Below are positions 1 to 13,881 of a stretch of 64,000 bases of DNA, in pieces (positions within the stretch are counted from its first letter, which is position 1; every line of letters begins with the position of its first letter). A program made the translations under genes and the position numbers. The stretch is taken from NCBI RefSeq assembly GCF_018350175.1, contig NC_058368.1, positions 84,570,001 through 84,634,000 of the forward strand. The letters are read 5' to 3'. The notes beneath the pieces were generated by a model. That model was given only the letters and a program-made list of their open reading frames with translations, searched no databases and was not told the DNA's origin. Source of the DNA: Felis catus (Eukaryota).

Positions 1-109
1 TCTGGCAACACTACCATGGAAAAATTATGGTATTTTTTAAAACATTGATTGTATCGGTAGAAATGAAATATTAAAATCTAAAGAATTGATAGGCTGGTGA
101 TAGTGCAAA

Positions 110-260
110 GGGAAACTTGGTCCCAGCTTAAATCTTGACAACGTATAAGTCTAAAAGTACATCTCAGTCAGTCACTCTGAGAAAAGGGAGCTGGATTTTC
201 CTGGGTTGAGGATGAAATCCCTGAGCAGTCTCAGAAGGCAGTTACTACAGCTGAAGTTCC
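110..260 (-). pseudogene. Possible VH-like relic (FR1-FR2 fragment)
   Basis: Minus strand CTTCAGCTGTAGTAA (~VQLQQ), AACCCAGGAAAATCC (~KPGKS), TTAAGCTGGGACCAA (~ISWV.Q), in the expected order. Weak, by eye. Confidence 0.3.
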
Positions 261-944
261 TCCTCATTTTTATATTCTCATTTCAGGCTATTCTCAATAT
301 TATTTTTAATATTTAAACCCCAATTATGCACTTAGTCATAGATGATAGTGGGCAAATATCACCATTAAATAAACCTGAGACAAACATTCATCTTAAATTA
401 TTTGGAATGACATCAAATGTCTGAAATACTAAGGTGTAATGAAAGGAAGAAATAATTTATAAGAATCCAAGTGATATTACTCAGTAGATTATATGTTATT
501 TAGAAGAAAGTAAAGTTTAATACAATGTATTTCCTCATATTTATAAAATATTTTGCATTTAGAATTATATTTTAATACATTATAAAATATTCATACAGTC
601 CTTCACCGTCTGAAACACAGACATACACACATTCACATACACACCATCTATATAATATATATGACAAAAATCACATCTTATCTTTGTTTTATTATTGCAT
701 TAGTAAATAACATCATTATCCCCATTAGTTTTACCATATTCTATAAAAAAATTTCAAATCCCATAACTAGTTATTGATAGCATAAAGTCATTATGAGAAT
801 TGGAAGTGACAAGGTGCAGGTAAGTTGATTTGTTCAGTGGTGATAGTGACACCATGAGAAACGGAGCTAGCAATTTCAAAAAGAAAAAAGAAACTTTTTG
901 AATAGATGAGTTCTATGCAAATGTTTTTGTAAAATGTAAAAATG

Positions 945-1050
945 CCAAAATAACAAGTATGTTAATCATCAGATACCACTGAATAACTGAAAAGCATCTA
1001 CTGTTTTTTGGCAATTGTACACTGGAGATGAAAACAATGCTGACTGACAA
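945..1050 (-). pseudogene. VH-like relic, FR3 fragment
   Basis: Minus strand CATCTCCAGTGTACAATTGCCAAAAAACAGT (1030-1000) resembles VH3 CATCTCCAGAGACAATGCCAAGAAC (ISRDNAKN). It is followed by CAGTTATTCAGT..TCTGATGAT..TGTTATTTT (~QLNS..SED..YYC). Confidence 0.55.
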
Positions 1051-1399
1051 AGACATCATTCTTTTAAAGCATTTACTTTTCAGCAACATTGGAAGAAAAG
1101 CCTAAGCAATGAAAGTGAGAAAAACTAAAAAGCATTCAAATTCAAATTGAACATCACAAAAATAAAAATATCATTCCAGAATCTATAAATTTCTAAATTT
1201 ATATAATAAATAAATGTAAATTTAAATAAACAAACATAAATTTAACTTTATAAATTTATATAATTTAATAACTTTAACTAAATTTACCTTTAATCTGGTT
1301 ATATCAACTGGTGATAGTTATAATTCAATAACATATACAACCAAAATATGAGTATTGAATTCTATGACTTTAACAAAGAAATTCTCCCTTAATTCACCT

Positions 1400-1690
1400 C
1401 CCATATGACTCTTGACCACTCACTGGTAATGAAGCTGAGAAAAACTCAACTGAGACTTTAGAGTGAGTCTGATTGCATGAGATGGGACTACAAGAAGTGG
1501 TTATTGGGAAGGGCTGTCCTCAGCTCATCTCTATACCCATAAGTGTCATATTGCCAATAGAAGCAGGACAGCCCTATCTTTGGGATATTATATGAAGGAG
1601 AGACACCACAGAAAAAAGTGAAATTACCTAATTCCTGGATAATAGTGGATGAGAAACACCTGGCTTCCAACATTTTGTTTATGTAAAATA
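1400..1690 (-). pseudogene. VH-like relic
   Basis: ORF 1488-1673 contains IIQELGNFTFFCGVSPSYNIPKIGLSCF (~LVQPGGSLTLSCAVSGYSI..YGMSWF). Downstream TGTAGTCCCATCTCATGCAATCAGACTCACT resembles YSPSLKSRLT. Confidence 0.45.
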
Positions 1691-1809
1691 TTTTTCATAG
1701 ATAACCCTTCTGGTGAGTTGCATGGAACCTGTCATCCAACCAAAAGTCTTTCAGTAACACTAATTTTGAATGAGTAAAACACCATGTCAGATTTCCCAAG
1801 GTATCTCAA

Positions 1810-2130
1810 ATGGTGCAAGAGCTTTGACGGTCTTCACATGTGTTCTAAATTGGTTTCAGGTGCATAGCTAGATGATACAGAACATTTGTGGGAATGAGTA
1901 AAATTTCTCCTCCACTTCACTTAGGTGAAGTAATCTTCATAGGGGACTCAGCAATGTGCCCGGTCACATGCATGGTTAGAAAATTGTAGCTTGCCTTCTA
2001 GCATTGAATCCCACACCTGTTTGGCCAGGTGCACTTAGTAAATGTTAAAAGTGAATCTCCATTCAAGCAGGTTTAAGATTAATATATACCTCCCCTTACC
2101 AAGGTATTTTATTTGACTAGACTTACAAGC
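1810..2130 (-). pseudogene. IGHV: VH3-like relic
   Basis: Minus strand GATTCACTTTTAACATTTACTAAGTGCACCTGGCCAAACAGG (2057-2016; FTFNIY*VH.W.KQ), then GCTGAGTCCCCTATGAAGATTACTTCACC (1952-1924; ~AESVKGRFT), then AATGTTCTGTATC..ATGCACCTGAAA (~NTLY..MNSLK). The motifs are colinear. Confidence 0.65.
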
Positions 2131-2559
2131 TCCTGTAGTGGTGTATTCCATCTTCCCTGACCCTCCATCTCCTCAGTTGTTTCTTCTCAGGGCTTTTTTT
2201 ATTTCACACATACAACAAAACAGAAACAACTCTAGAAACCTACAAATTATTCACTTTGTGACACCTGTCAAGAGCAGCATTTTATAGCTAAGCTTTACCT
2301 TAATCATTATCATGATTGCTGTAGTCATGGTCCATTTTTAAAAATTATTTAAATCCCAATTTTTTAAATATACAGTGTAATATTAATTTTAAGTATACAA
2401 TTTTGTCATCCAACACTTCCATACCTCACCCAGTTCTCATCACAAATGCACTCCTTTATCAAACAACATCTAGTATTCGAGTAGCAAATTTTGTAAACTA
2501 GTAATAAGGCTGTGTCTATATGATTTCTACTATAAGACATTTTGGATAAAGAAAAACTA

Positions 2560-2930
2560 CAAAGAAAGTAAAATTCCAGTGGTTTCAAAAAAAAGAGAGA
2601 GAGAAATATTTGGAACATAGGGAACTTTTAGAACAATCAGAATATTCGGTTTAATTCTATAATTATGCATACAACTCAATATAATTTTCTCCAAACACTC
2701 AAAAAATGTGCAGCACTAAGAATGAACAATAATGTAAACTCTGGACTTTGGTTGATTAAAATGCATCAATATAGGCTTATCAATTGTAAATAATGTATCA
2801 CTCTGGTAGGGTATGTTGATTCTCGAAGATGCTTTGTATGTGTGGAAACAGAGACTATGCTGAAATTCTCTATAATTTGCTCTCAGTTTATGTGTGAATA
2901 AAATTACATTTGGAATATAAGATCTTAAAC
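2560..2930 (+). mobile_element. Old L1 (L1MC-like) 3' UTR fragment
   Basis: Typical L1M 3' end wording (aatgtaaactctggactttgg, aattgtaaataatgtatcactctgg). Confidence 0.55.
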
Positions 2931-3039
2931 ATGTAAGCTGCATTACATAACCACATGAGGAAAGGTCTCTCCATCAGCAATACATGCTATATGAGCATGC
3001 ATCAGGCCATCAACAACACCCCCAGCATTTTCTTGTTAT

Positions 3040-4849
3040 GAAATTTAAACAATAATCCACAGTTTTAAAATATAAACTAAAAGAAATAGAAAATAGCAAT
3101 GAAATCAAGATGTATTTCTTTAAGGGGGTAAACACAACTGAAAAAAATCAGCCAGACTTATAAAAAAGAGAACTCAAATAAATAAAATCAGAAATAAAGG
3201 AGATGAAATAATAACAGAAACAGAAATGCAAAGAATTATAAAATAATGTAGAAAAAAATTATGTGCCAACAAATGGAAAAACTTGAAGAAATAGGTAAGT
3301 TACTAGAAATGTATAATTGTTCCAAACAGAATCAGAAAGAAGTGCAATATTTTAACAGAGTGGTTATTAGTAATGAAATTGAATAAGTAATAATAAAAGA
3401 AAAACAACCAAACAGAGCAAATTTCAGGATCATATAGCTTGACAGGTGAATTCCATCAATATTAAAGCAGAATTAATAATATTCTCAAGGTATTCAAAAA
3501 AAATAGAAGAGAAAGGAAAACTTTCAAATGTAGTTCACAAATCCAATATTACACAGATAAAAAAACCAGATGCAGACACTAAAAACAAAACAATAACAAA
3601 CTGCAAATCAATATCTTTTATGTATATAGATGCAAACATTCCTTAACAAATTTTCCAAAACCATATTCAAATTTATATTTCAAAAATCATTAACAACTAT
3701 CAACTATGATTAATTCTGGTGAGGCATGGGTGATTTTAATTTGCTTTACAAATCAATCAATTTGATAAATCATATTATCAAGATGAAGGATAAAAACCAT
3801 ATGATCATCTTTACAGATGATCAAAAGCATTTGACAAAATATAATGTCTTATAATAACTCTTAGTTATTGTTACATAATAATATAATATATAATTATATA
3901 ATAATATAATAACTGTTAATTAGAATTAGAAAGAACTCACTGCAACCTGGAAAAGGCCATATGTGGGGAAAAACATGCTGACATAATAATGCTGAAAAAG
4001 AGACAAATTTTTCTCTAAGATCAGGAAGGAGACAAGAATATCCATTTTCACTTTATTTCACAGTATTGAAAGTGGTAGTCACAGCAATAAGATAAGGAAA
4101 AAAATTAAAAATCCAAATTGGTAAGAAAGAACTAAAAATTATTATTTGAAGATGAAATGGCACTATATATACAAAACCCTAATGAAGTCACCAAAAAATA
4201 GTATTACAACTGGGAATTAATTCAGGAATTTGTAGGACACAAAATTAATATAAGAAATCTTTTGCATTTCCATACACTCATAATGATGTTGCAGAAAGAG
4301 AAACCAACAAATAATCCACTCACAGTTGCACCAGAGGGCTAAAATGCCTAGGAAGGAATTTAGCAAAGACAATGAAAGACATACTCTCTAGACTAAGGAC
4401 AATGATGAAGGAAGTCAAGGAAAATACAAACAAATAGAAAGATACTCCATGGTCATGCACTGGAAGAATCAATATTGTTATAATCTCCATACTACATAAA
4501 GAAATCTATAGGTTTTCAAGATACCAAAAGCACTTTTCACAGAACAAGAACAAATATTTACATAATATATATATGAAAAAAAGACCATGAATAGCCAAAA
4601 CAATACTGAAGATGAAGAAAAATGATTACCATTATCCCAGATTTTAAGATATGCTACAGAGCTATAGAATACCAAAGTCTATGGTTGTGGAAAAGAAAAT
4701 AGACACATAGATCAATGGGACAGGAGAGAGATCCCAGAAATAAACCCACACCTATATTGTCAATTAAGGTATAATGAAGAAGGCAACACTATACAATGGA
4801 GACAAGACAATATTTTCAATACGTTGTGTTAAGAAACCTGAACAGGTAG
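3040..4849 (+). mobile_element. Old decayed L1 ORF2 segment, host of later insertions; continues at 12089-12160 and ~14695-15970
   Basis: Degenerate RT-region homology (e.g. ORF 3446-3646). The ORF2 sequence resumes colinearly after the 19-bp TSD at 12088. Confidence 0.85.
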
Positions 4850-6142
4850 GAGGAGGGAGCCAAGATGGCAGAACAGCATGGACGTTTTATGTGTGTCTCG
4901 CATCCATGAAATACAGCCAGACCAACACTAAACCATCCTGCACACCTACAAAACTGATCTGAGGATTAACACAACAATCTGCACAACCTGAACCACAGAA
5001 TTCAGCAGGTACGCAGCGTGGAGAGGTGAACTTGGGAAGAGAGAAGCCGAGGAGTGTAGGGAACCACTTTTGCATGTGGAGAGAGGATGGAGATGGCGGG
5101 GGGTGGGGGAGAGAGGGTGGGGAGAATATGGGAAAAGCATCCCTCCCCAAAGCAGCTGGAGAAGAAGTGGAAAATTGGAAAGAGCCGCAAGGACTAAACT
5201 AAAAAGGGAGAAAGGACAAAAGAGAGAGTTTAAATTACATTAAGACTGTAAACAGGCAGAGTGCAGAGTCTGCAACTCTGCAGTTTGATACCTGGCAGTG
5301 CTCTGGTGGGAAGGGCAAATCCCCAGGAACAGACTGGGGTCCAGTAGGTTCTCAGGCCACATGGGGAGAAGCGGTTCCACTGTTGGAAGGACATTTGGTA
5401 GAGGCTGTGAGGCAACCTGGGACCAGCAGACCCCAGAGAACAGCTACATTCACTGGTACTGGAACAATGTCGTTAAGGGTGAAGCCTGGTGCCAGATGTG
5501 TGTTGTGATTTTCCATAATACCTGAAACTCTCCGCTACACTATCTCTTGAACTTTTCCTGGGGCGGGCTGGCACCTGGCTGCAGTCTCTGGGCATCAGCA
5601 GCAGCATGGTCCTGCAAACTTTCCTGGGAGAGGCCAGCATTTGGCCATTCCACAGAGGGGAAGAATGGGTCAAAACTGCATTCCCTCATAAATAAGGGGC
5701 CAGGGAAAACAGCCACATATGAGACAAAACTCGGGAGAGAGGTACTACCTGGGGCTTGGTCATGGACAGTGTAAAGGGGGGAGTGGACAAAAGCTGAGGA
5801 TGAAGGACGGTGCATGATTGTTGATTGGGAAGAGCAGAGTTCCAATACTCGAGAGTGGGTGGCTGGGTGACACCATTTTCACTGATCCATACATGCACAT
5901 ATGCACCTAGGAACACCACAACAATCCACCCCAGTAAGCTAGCAGTGCCATCTAGTGGAGAACGGAGCTGTTACACTGAGCCCTGTCCAACTGGGCCAAC
6001 CTCCCTCTTCAAGAACAGAAGTCTCACCACCTGATTAGTCTCTGGACTATAAAGAGCTTCATAGTCTGACTTCTAGGGGAAAACAAAATAATTTCAGTCA
6101 TATTGCAGTCTGTTAGCAGGTCCATCTATTCAGTTTTCTTTT

Positions 6143-6178
<36 letters not shown>

Positions 6179-6994
6179 TTGTCCTCTTTTTTATTTTTCT
6201 TTTTCTTGAATACAGAAAGAGAAACAATTCACTTTTATTTTCAATTATTACTAAAAATATCTTTCTTTAATTTTTTTACTTTTGTGTAAATTTTTTCAAT
6301 TGTATTTTACTTCAATCACTCTATTTTAGTGCTTCAGTGTATTCACTTTTTCAAATTTTCAAACGTTTCCTATTTTTTTCTTTTCTTTCTTTTTTGTTTC
6401 TTTTCATTTTCTTGAATACAGAAAGAGAAAAATAATTTTTATTTTCAATTATTATTAAAAATATTATTACTTAAATTTTTTACAATATTTTTTACTTCTG
6501 TGTAAATTTTTTCAAATTCTATTTTACTTCCACCATTTTATTTTAGTCTATTACAGTGTATTCACTTTTTCAATTTTCAAATGATTTCCTTTATTTATTA
6601 TTTTTATTTTTTCTCTTTTTCTGTTCTTTTCTTTAATACAGAAAGAGAACAAATTCATTTTTATTTTTAACTTTTATTAAAATATTTTCTTTGTTTTATT
6701 TCTACTATATGCTTTACTTTTGTGTAATTCTTTAAAATTCTATTTTACTTCTATCATTTCATTTTAGTCTACCTCAGTGTATTCATTATTTCAAATTTTC
6801 AAAAAATTTCCTTTTTTTAATCCCCCCCTTTTTCTCTCTAATCTATCAAGCCACTTTCAACACCCAGACCTAAACACACCTAGGATCAAGCATCATTTAT
6901 TTGATTTTTTTTGTAGGTGTGTGTTTAGTTTTTTTAATTTTAATATTTTCATTTTAATTTTTTCTACCTTATTAATTCCTTTTCTCCCTTCAAA

Positions 6995-7880
6995 ATGATG
7001 AAACGGAGGAATTAACCCCAAAAGGAAGAGCAGGAAGAAATGACAGTTGGGGACTTAACCAACACAGATATAACCAAGATGTCTGAACCAGAATTTAGAA
7101 TCACAATAATAAGAATACAAACTGGAGTTGAAAATAGAATAGAATCCCTTTCTGCAGGGATAAAAGAAGTAAAAGCTAGTCAGGATGAAATAAAAAATGC
7201 AATAACTGAGCTGCAATTTCAAATGGATACCATGGCGGCAAGGATGGATGAGGGAGAACAGAGTCAGCAATATAGCGGACAGACTTATGGAGAATAATGA
7301 AGCAGAAACAAAGAGGGAGATTAAGGCAAAACAGCACGATTTAAGAATTAGAGAAATCAGTGACTCATTAAAAAGGAACAACATCAGAATCATAGGGGTC
7401 CCAGAAGAGGAAGAGAGAGAAATAGGGGTAGAAGGGTTATGTGAGAAAATCATAGTGGAAAAAAAGCTTTCCTAACGTGGGGAAAGACACAGACTTCAAA
7501 ATCCAGGAAGCACAGAGGACTCCCATTAGATTCAACAAAAAACGACCATCAACAAGGCATATCATAGTCAAATTCACAAAATACTCGGGCAAGGAGAGAA
7601 TCATGAAAGCAGCAAGGGAAAAAAAGTCCCTAACCTATAAGGGAAGACATATCAGGTTTGCAGGAGACCTATCCAAAGAAACTTGGGAGGCAAGAAATGA
7701 GTGGCAGGATATATCCAATGTTCTGATTCAGAAAAATATGCAGCCAAGAATTCTTTATCCAGCAAGGCTGTCATTCAAAATAGAAGGAGAGATAAAAATT
7801 TTCCCAGACAAACAAAAATTAAAGGAGTTTTTGACCACAGAACCAGCCCTGCAATAAATTTTAAGGGGGACTCTTTGAGG
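6995..7880 (+). pseudogene. L1 ORF1p, disrupted
   Basis: Split across ORFs 7040-7297, 7248-7475 and 7477-7857 (KRNNIRIIGVPEEEE, RHIIVKF, ILYPARLSF). Confidence 0.93.
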
Positions 7881-7996
7881 GGAGAAATAATGAAATAATC
7901 AATTAATCAATAAACCAACCAACAAACAAAAAAAGCAACAAAGACTAGAAAGGACCAGAGAACGCCACCAGAAACTCCAACTCTACAAGCATCATA

Positions 7997-10900
7997 ATGG
8001 CAATAAATTCATATCTTTCAGTACTCACTCTAAACGTCAATGACTCAGTGCTCCAATCAAAAGACACAGGGTAACAGAATGGATAAGAAAACAAGATCCA
8101 TCTATATGCTGTTTACAAGAAACCCACTTTAGACTTAAAGACACCTTCAGATTGAAAGTAAGAGGATGGAGAACCATCTATCATGCTAATGGTCCACAAA
8201 AGAAAGCTGGAGTAGCCATACTTACATCAGAAAATCTAGACTTTAAAATAAAGACTGTATCAAGAGATGAAGAAGGGCATTATATCATAATTAAGGGGTC
8301 TATCCACCAAGAAGACCTAACCATTGTAAACATTTATGCTACAAATGTGAAAGCGCCCAAATATATAAATCAATTAATTACAAACATAAAGAAACTCATT
8401 GATAGTAATACCATAATAGAAGGAGACTTCAACACCCCACTCACAGCAATGGACAGTTCATCTAATTAAAAAATCAACAAGGAAACAATGGCTTTGAATG
8501 ACACACTAGACCAGATGGACTTAACAGATACATTCAGAACATTTCATCCTAAAGCAACAGAATATACACTCATCTCCAGTGCACATGGAACGTTCTCCAG
8601 AATAGAGCATATATTTGGACACAAATTAGCCATAAGTAAGTACAAAAAGATCGAGGTCATACCGTGCATTTTTCAGACCACAACGCTATGAAACTCGAAA
8701 TCAACCACAAGAAAACATTTGGAAAGGTAACAAATATTTGGAGACTGAAGAACATCCTACTCAAGAATGAATGGGGTAACTAAGCAGTTAAAGAGGAAAT
8801 TAAAAAGTATATGGAAGTCAATGAAAATGATAACACCACAACCCAAAACCTCTGGTATGTGGCAAAGGTGGTCATAAGAGGAAAGTATATAGCAATCCAG
8901 GCCTTCCTAAAGAAAGAAGAAAGATCTCAGATTCACAACCTAACCTTAAGCCTTAAAGACCTGGAAAAAGAACAGCAAATAAAAACAAAAACCAGCAGAA
9001 AACACAAAATGATAAATTTTAGAGCAGAATTTAATGCTATCGAAATGAAAATAACAGTAGAACAGATTAATGAAGCCAGAATCTGGTTCTTTGAAAGAAT
9101 TAACAAAATTGATAAACCAGCTGATTTGATCAAAAAGAAAAAGGAAAGGACCCAAATAAATAAAATCAAAAATGAAAGAGGAGCGATCACAACCAACACA
9201 ATAGAAATAAAAACATACTAAGAGAATATTGTGAGCAATTATATGCCAATAAAATGGGCATTCTGGAAGAAATGGACAAATTCCTAGAAACATATACACG
9301 ACCAAAACACGACTGAAACAGGAAGAAATACAAAATTTGAACAGACCCATAACCAATAAACAAATCGAATGAGTAATCAAAAATCTGCCAAAAAAAGAAG
9401 AGTCCAGGGCCAGATGACTTCCAGGGGAATTCTACCAAACATTTAAGGAAGCATTAACACCTATTCTCTTGCAGCTGTTCCAAAAAATAGAAATGGAAGG
9501 AAAACTTCCAAACTCTTTCTATGAAGCCAGCATGACCTTGATTCCAAAACCAGACAAAGACCCCACTAAAAACGAGAAGTATAGACCAATTTCCCTGATG
9601 AACATGGATGCAAAAATCCTCAGCTAGATATTAGCCAACCAGATCCAACAATACATTAAACAAATTATTCACCACGACCAAGTGGGATTTATACCTGGGA
9701 TGCAGGGCTGATTCAATATATGCAAAACAATTAACATGATTCATCACATCAATAAAACAAAGGAAAAGAACCATATGATCCTCTCAATAGATGCAGAGAA
9801 AGCATTTGACAAAAAACAGCATCCTTTCTTGATAAAAACCCTTAAGAAACTAGGGATAGAAGGAACATACCTCGAGATCCTAAAAGCCATATATGAATGA
9901 CCCAATGCTAATATCATCCTCAATGGGGAAAAACTGAGAGATTTCCCCCTAAGGTCAGGAACAAGACAGGGATGGCCACTCTCGCCACTGTTATTCAACA
10001 TAGTATTTGAAGTCATAGCCTCTGCAATCAGACAACACAATGAAATAAAAGCCATCCAAATCGGTCAGGGAGTGGTCAAACTTTCACTCTTTGCAGATGA
10101 TATGATACTCAACGTGGAAAACACAAAAGATTCCACCAAAAACCTACTAGAACTAATTCATGAATTCAGCAAAGTTGCAGGATGTAAAATCAATGCACAG
10201 AAATCGGTTGCATTTCTATACACCAACAATGAAGCTACAGAAAGGGAACGAAGGAATTGATCCCATTTACAGTTGCACAAAAAACTATAAAATACCTAGG
10301 AAGAAATCTAACCAAAGAGGGGGAAAATCTATACACTGAAAACTATAGAAAGGTTATGAAATAAATTGAAGAAGACATACACACAAAAAATGGAAAAAGT
10401 TTCCATGTTCCTGGATAGGAAGAACAAATGTTGTTAAAATGCTGATACTACCCAAAGCAATCTACATATTCAATGCAATCCCTTTCAAAATAACACCACC
10501 ATTCTTCACAGAGCTAGAACAAATAATCCTAAAATTTGTATGGAACCAGAAAAGACCCTGAATAGCCAAAGCAATCTTGAAAAAGAAAACCAAAGCAAGA
10601 CACATCACAATCCCAGACTTCAAGCTACACTACAAAGCTGTAATCATCAAGACATTATGGTACTGGCTCAAGAACAGACACTCAGATCAATGGAACAGAA
10701 TAGAGAACCCAGAAATGAACCCACAAATGTATGGCCAACTAATCTTTGACAAAGCAGGAAAGAATATCCAATGGAATAAAGACAGTCTCTTCAGCAAGTG
10801 GTTCTTGGAAAACTGGACAGCAACATGTACAAGAATGAACCTGGACCACTTTATTACACCATACACAAAAATAAACTCAAAATGGATGAAAGACCTCAAT

Positions 10901-11666
10901 GCAAGACAGGAAGCCATCAAAATCCTTGAGGAGAAAGCAGGTAAAAACCTTTGATCTTGGCCCAAGCAACTTCTTACTCAACACGTCTCTGGAGGCAAGG
11001 GAGACAAAAGCAACAATGAACTACTTGGACCTCATCAAAGTAAAAAGCTTCTGCCCAGCAAAGGAAATAATCAGCAAAACTAAAAGGCAACAGACAGAAT
11101 GAGAGAAGATTTTTTGCATATGAAAAATCAGATAAAGGGGTTGTATACAAAATTTATAAAGAAGTTATCAACCTCAACACCCTGAAAACAAATAAACCAG
11201 TGAAGAAATGGGCAAAAGACATGAATAGACACTTCTCTAAAGAAGACATTCAGATGGCCAACCGACAAATGAAAAAATGGTCAACATCACTCATCATCAG
11301 GGAAATACAAATCAAAACCACAATGAGATACCACCTCACACCTGTCAGAATGGCTAACATTAACAACTCAGGCAACAACAGATGTTGGTGAGGATGTGGA
11401 GAAAGAGGATCCCTTTTGCACTGTTGGTGGGAATTCAAGCTGGTACAACCACTCTGGAAAACAGTATGGAGGTTCCTCAAAAAAACTAAAAATAGAACTA
11501 CCCTAGGGCCCAACAATTGCACTACTAGGTATTTATCCACGGGATACAGGTGTGCTGTTTTGAAGGGACACATGCACCCCAATGTTTATAGCAGCACTAT
11601 CAACAATAGCTAAAGTATGGAAAGAGCCCAAATGTCCATCGATGGATGAATGGATAAAGAAGATGT

Positions 11667-11718
<52 letters not shown>

Positions 11719-11830
11719 ATGGAGTATTACTAGGAAATAAAAAAGAATGAAATCTTGCCATTTGCAACTACGTGGATGGAACTGGAGGGTATTAGTCAGA
11801 GAAAGACAAATATCATATGACTTCACTCAT
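7997..11830 (+). pseudogene. L1 ORF2p (endonuclease/reverse transcriptase), many stops and frameshifts
   Basis: Fragments include [25 protein letters not shown] and [14 protein letters not shown]. Confidence 0.95.
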
Positions 11831-12169
11831 ATAAGGACTTTAAGAGACAAAACAGATGAACATAAGAGAAGGGAAACAAAAATAATATAACAGGGAGGGC
11901 ATAAAACATAAGAGACTCATAAATATGGAGAACAAACTGAGGGTTACTGAAGGGGTTGTGGGAGGGTGGATGGTCTAAATGGGTAAGGGGCACTAAGGAA
12001 TCTACTCCTGAAATCATTGTTGCACTATATGCTACCTAATTTGGATGTAAATTAAAAATAATACAATTTAAGAAACCTGAACAGGTAGATGCAAAATAAT
12101 GAAAATGGAAAATTTTTCTTTGCCACGTATAGAAACATAAACTCCTAAGAGATTAAATATTAAGAGGAG

Positions 12170-12385
12170 GGGCGCCTGGGTGGCGCAGTCGGTTAAGCGT
12201 CCGACTTCAGCCAGGTCACGATCTCGCGGTCCGTGAGTTCGAGCCCCGCATCAGGCTCTGGGCTGATGGCTCAGAGCCTGGAGCCTGTTTCCGATTCTGT
12301 GTCTCCCTCTCTCTCTGCCCCTCCCCCGTTCATGCTCTGTCTCTCTCTGTCCCAAAAATAAATAAAAAACGTTGAAAAAAAATTT
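12170..12385 (+). mobile_element. Young felid CanSINE (tRNA-derived)
   Basis: GGGCGCCTGGGTGGCGCAGTCGGTTAAGCGTCCG head with CpGs intact, CT-rich stretch, A tail. TSD AAATATTAAGAGGAG at 12155-12169 and 12386-12400. Confidence 0.97.
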
Positions 12386-12486
12386 AAATATTAAGAGGAG
12401 TTACAATGGTGGAGTATTAGGGGAACCCTGGGCATGTCTTCTCCCTCTCACACAGTACACAGATACATCAGTATCAAATCATTTTG

Positions 12487-12716
12487 TTTTATGTTTGGTT
12501 TTAAATTTTTCAATGTTTATTTACTTTTGAGAGAGAAAGAGAGACAGAGCGTGGGTGGAGTGCAGAAGAGAGAGAGGGAGACACAGAATCCGAAGCAGGC
12601 TCCAGGCTCTGAACTGGTAGCACAAAGCCCAAAATGGGGCTCAAACTAATGAACCCTAAGGTCATGACCTGAGATGAAGTTGGATGCTTAACCAACTGAG
12701 CCACCCAGTCGCCCCA
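12487..12716 (-). mobile_element. CanSINE
   Basis: Reverse-oriented SINE. TSD ATCAAATCATTTTG at 12473-12486 and 12719-12732. Confidence 0.93.
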
Positions 12717-13881
12717 ACATCAAATCATTTTGAATATTTAGGAAATATATCTGAGAATTAGGAGGACAATCTTCATAATTTGAGGGAGAGAAGCAGCAGG
12801 TACACAGTATGAAGACATGAACTGGCAGGAAGAAAAGCCTCAGTGCCACAGAGGTGAGGGAGCACTTTATGCAAAGAGGAGCAAGAGAGGGGGGGGAAGA
12901 TAAGTGAATTTTCTTCACACAACCAAAGGGGAAAGTACTTGCCCCAAACCATTGACTGGGGAACTGGGATGAACTACATCAAGTTTTTGCAAAAGGTAGA
13001 GCTCATATTTTAAGTCTTTGGAAGTCTGTGCCATTTTCCAGAGTCAATCTGGGTGGGCTGTGATGCTTCTGGGGACTGGGTGGAGATCTGGTGTGGAAAA
13101 AATAGTGTGGGGATATGCTGGGTCACACTGGAAGAATATGTTCACTTTCCAGGAGTGCATTTGGAAGAGGGTATATTGCCTCTCCAAGAACAAAAGACTG
13201 GCTGGCACCTTAGAGTGATTGTTCAACATCAGGGACAGAGTCACATAAAGGGTGGATAACCTGGTCACAGCTTTTCCCTGTGCTTCACTATAAACTCCAG
13301 ACACATGCACAGGCATGCAGCTGCTTTTATGGGAGAGAAGGATGTCAGGTGCAGCACTGAGTGGCTCTCCTACAGAGGAGAGGAGCTGGTCTACACCTTG
13401 CCAAATCCTTTAAGATTTGGAGTTTTGAATACCATACATGCAGCAGAGATGAAACACAGGAGAGCTGTGATGCCAGGCAGGTCAATGGCCCAGGCACAGA
13501 TGGCTTGGGGGCAGGGATCTGTTGGAAGCCTGGGTCACAGGAGAGATTATTTCCATTTTTTTTTTTTTTGCAGGCTCCCTGAACAGTGGTGGGTGTGATA
13601 TCTCTTACCTGGGACAAGAGAGGAGGGTGATGCCATCTTATCTACCCAACCTCCATATATCAGCAAGGTGGTACTTCAGAGAGCAACAAAGCTCTCCCTA
13701 GTGGAAGCTGGGCTGCTTACGTCAATCCCCCTCCACCACCACCACTCCCTGCTCCCTAAGGGACATATTTACCAGGGCTCCCCCAGAGTACTAACACAGA
13801 AGCCCCATGCATGCACCAAGTATACTGATCACACATTGCTCCAAAGCATCTGCTCCAATTCTGGTGGAAATGGCAACAAGC

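Larger units (their letters stand above)
4850..12069 (+). mobile_element. Full-length (~7.2 kb) carnivore LINE-1, inactivated
   Basis: 5'UTR beginning GAGGAGGGAGCCAAGATGG, ORF1, ORF2 (EN, RT FADD, C-terminal domain), 3'UTR and A-rich tail. 19-bp TSD AAGAAACCTGAACAGGTAG at 4831-4849 and 12070-12088, at a TT/AAGA endonuclease site. Confidence 0.97.

Noticed and set aside
185..210. AGCTGGATTTTCCTGG resembling a VH3 leader on the plus strand
   Set aside because: No ATG or donor in position, and neighbouring relics read on the minus strand.
12170..12250. tRNA-like A/B boxes
   Set aside because: These are the head of a tRNA-derived CanSINE, not a tRNA gene.
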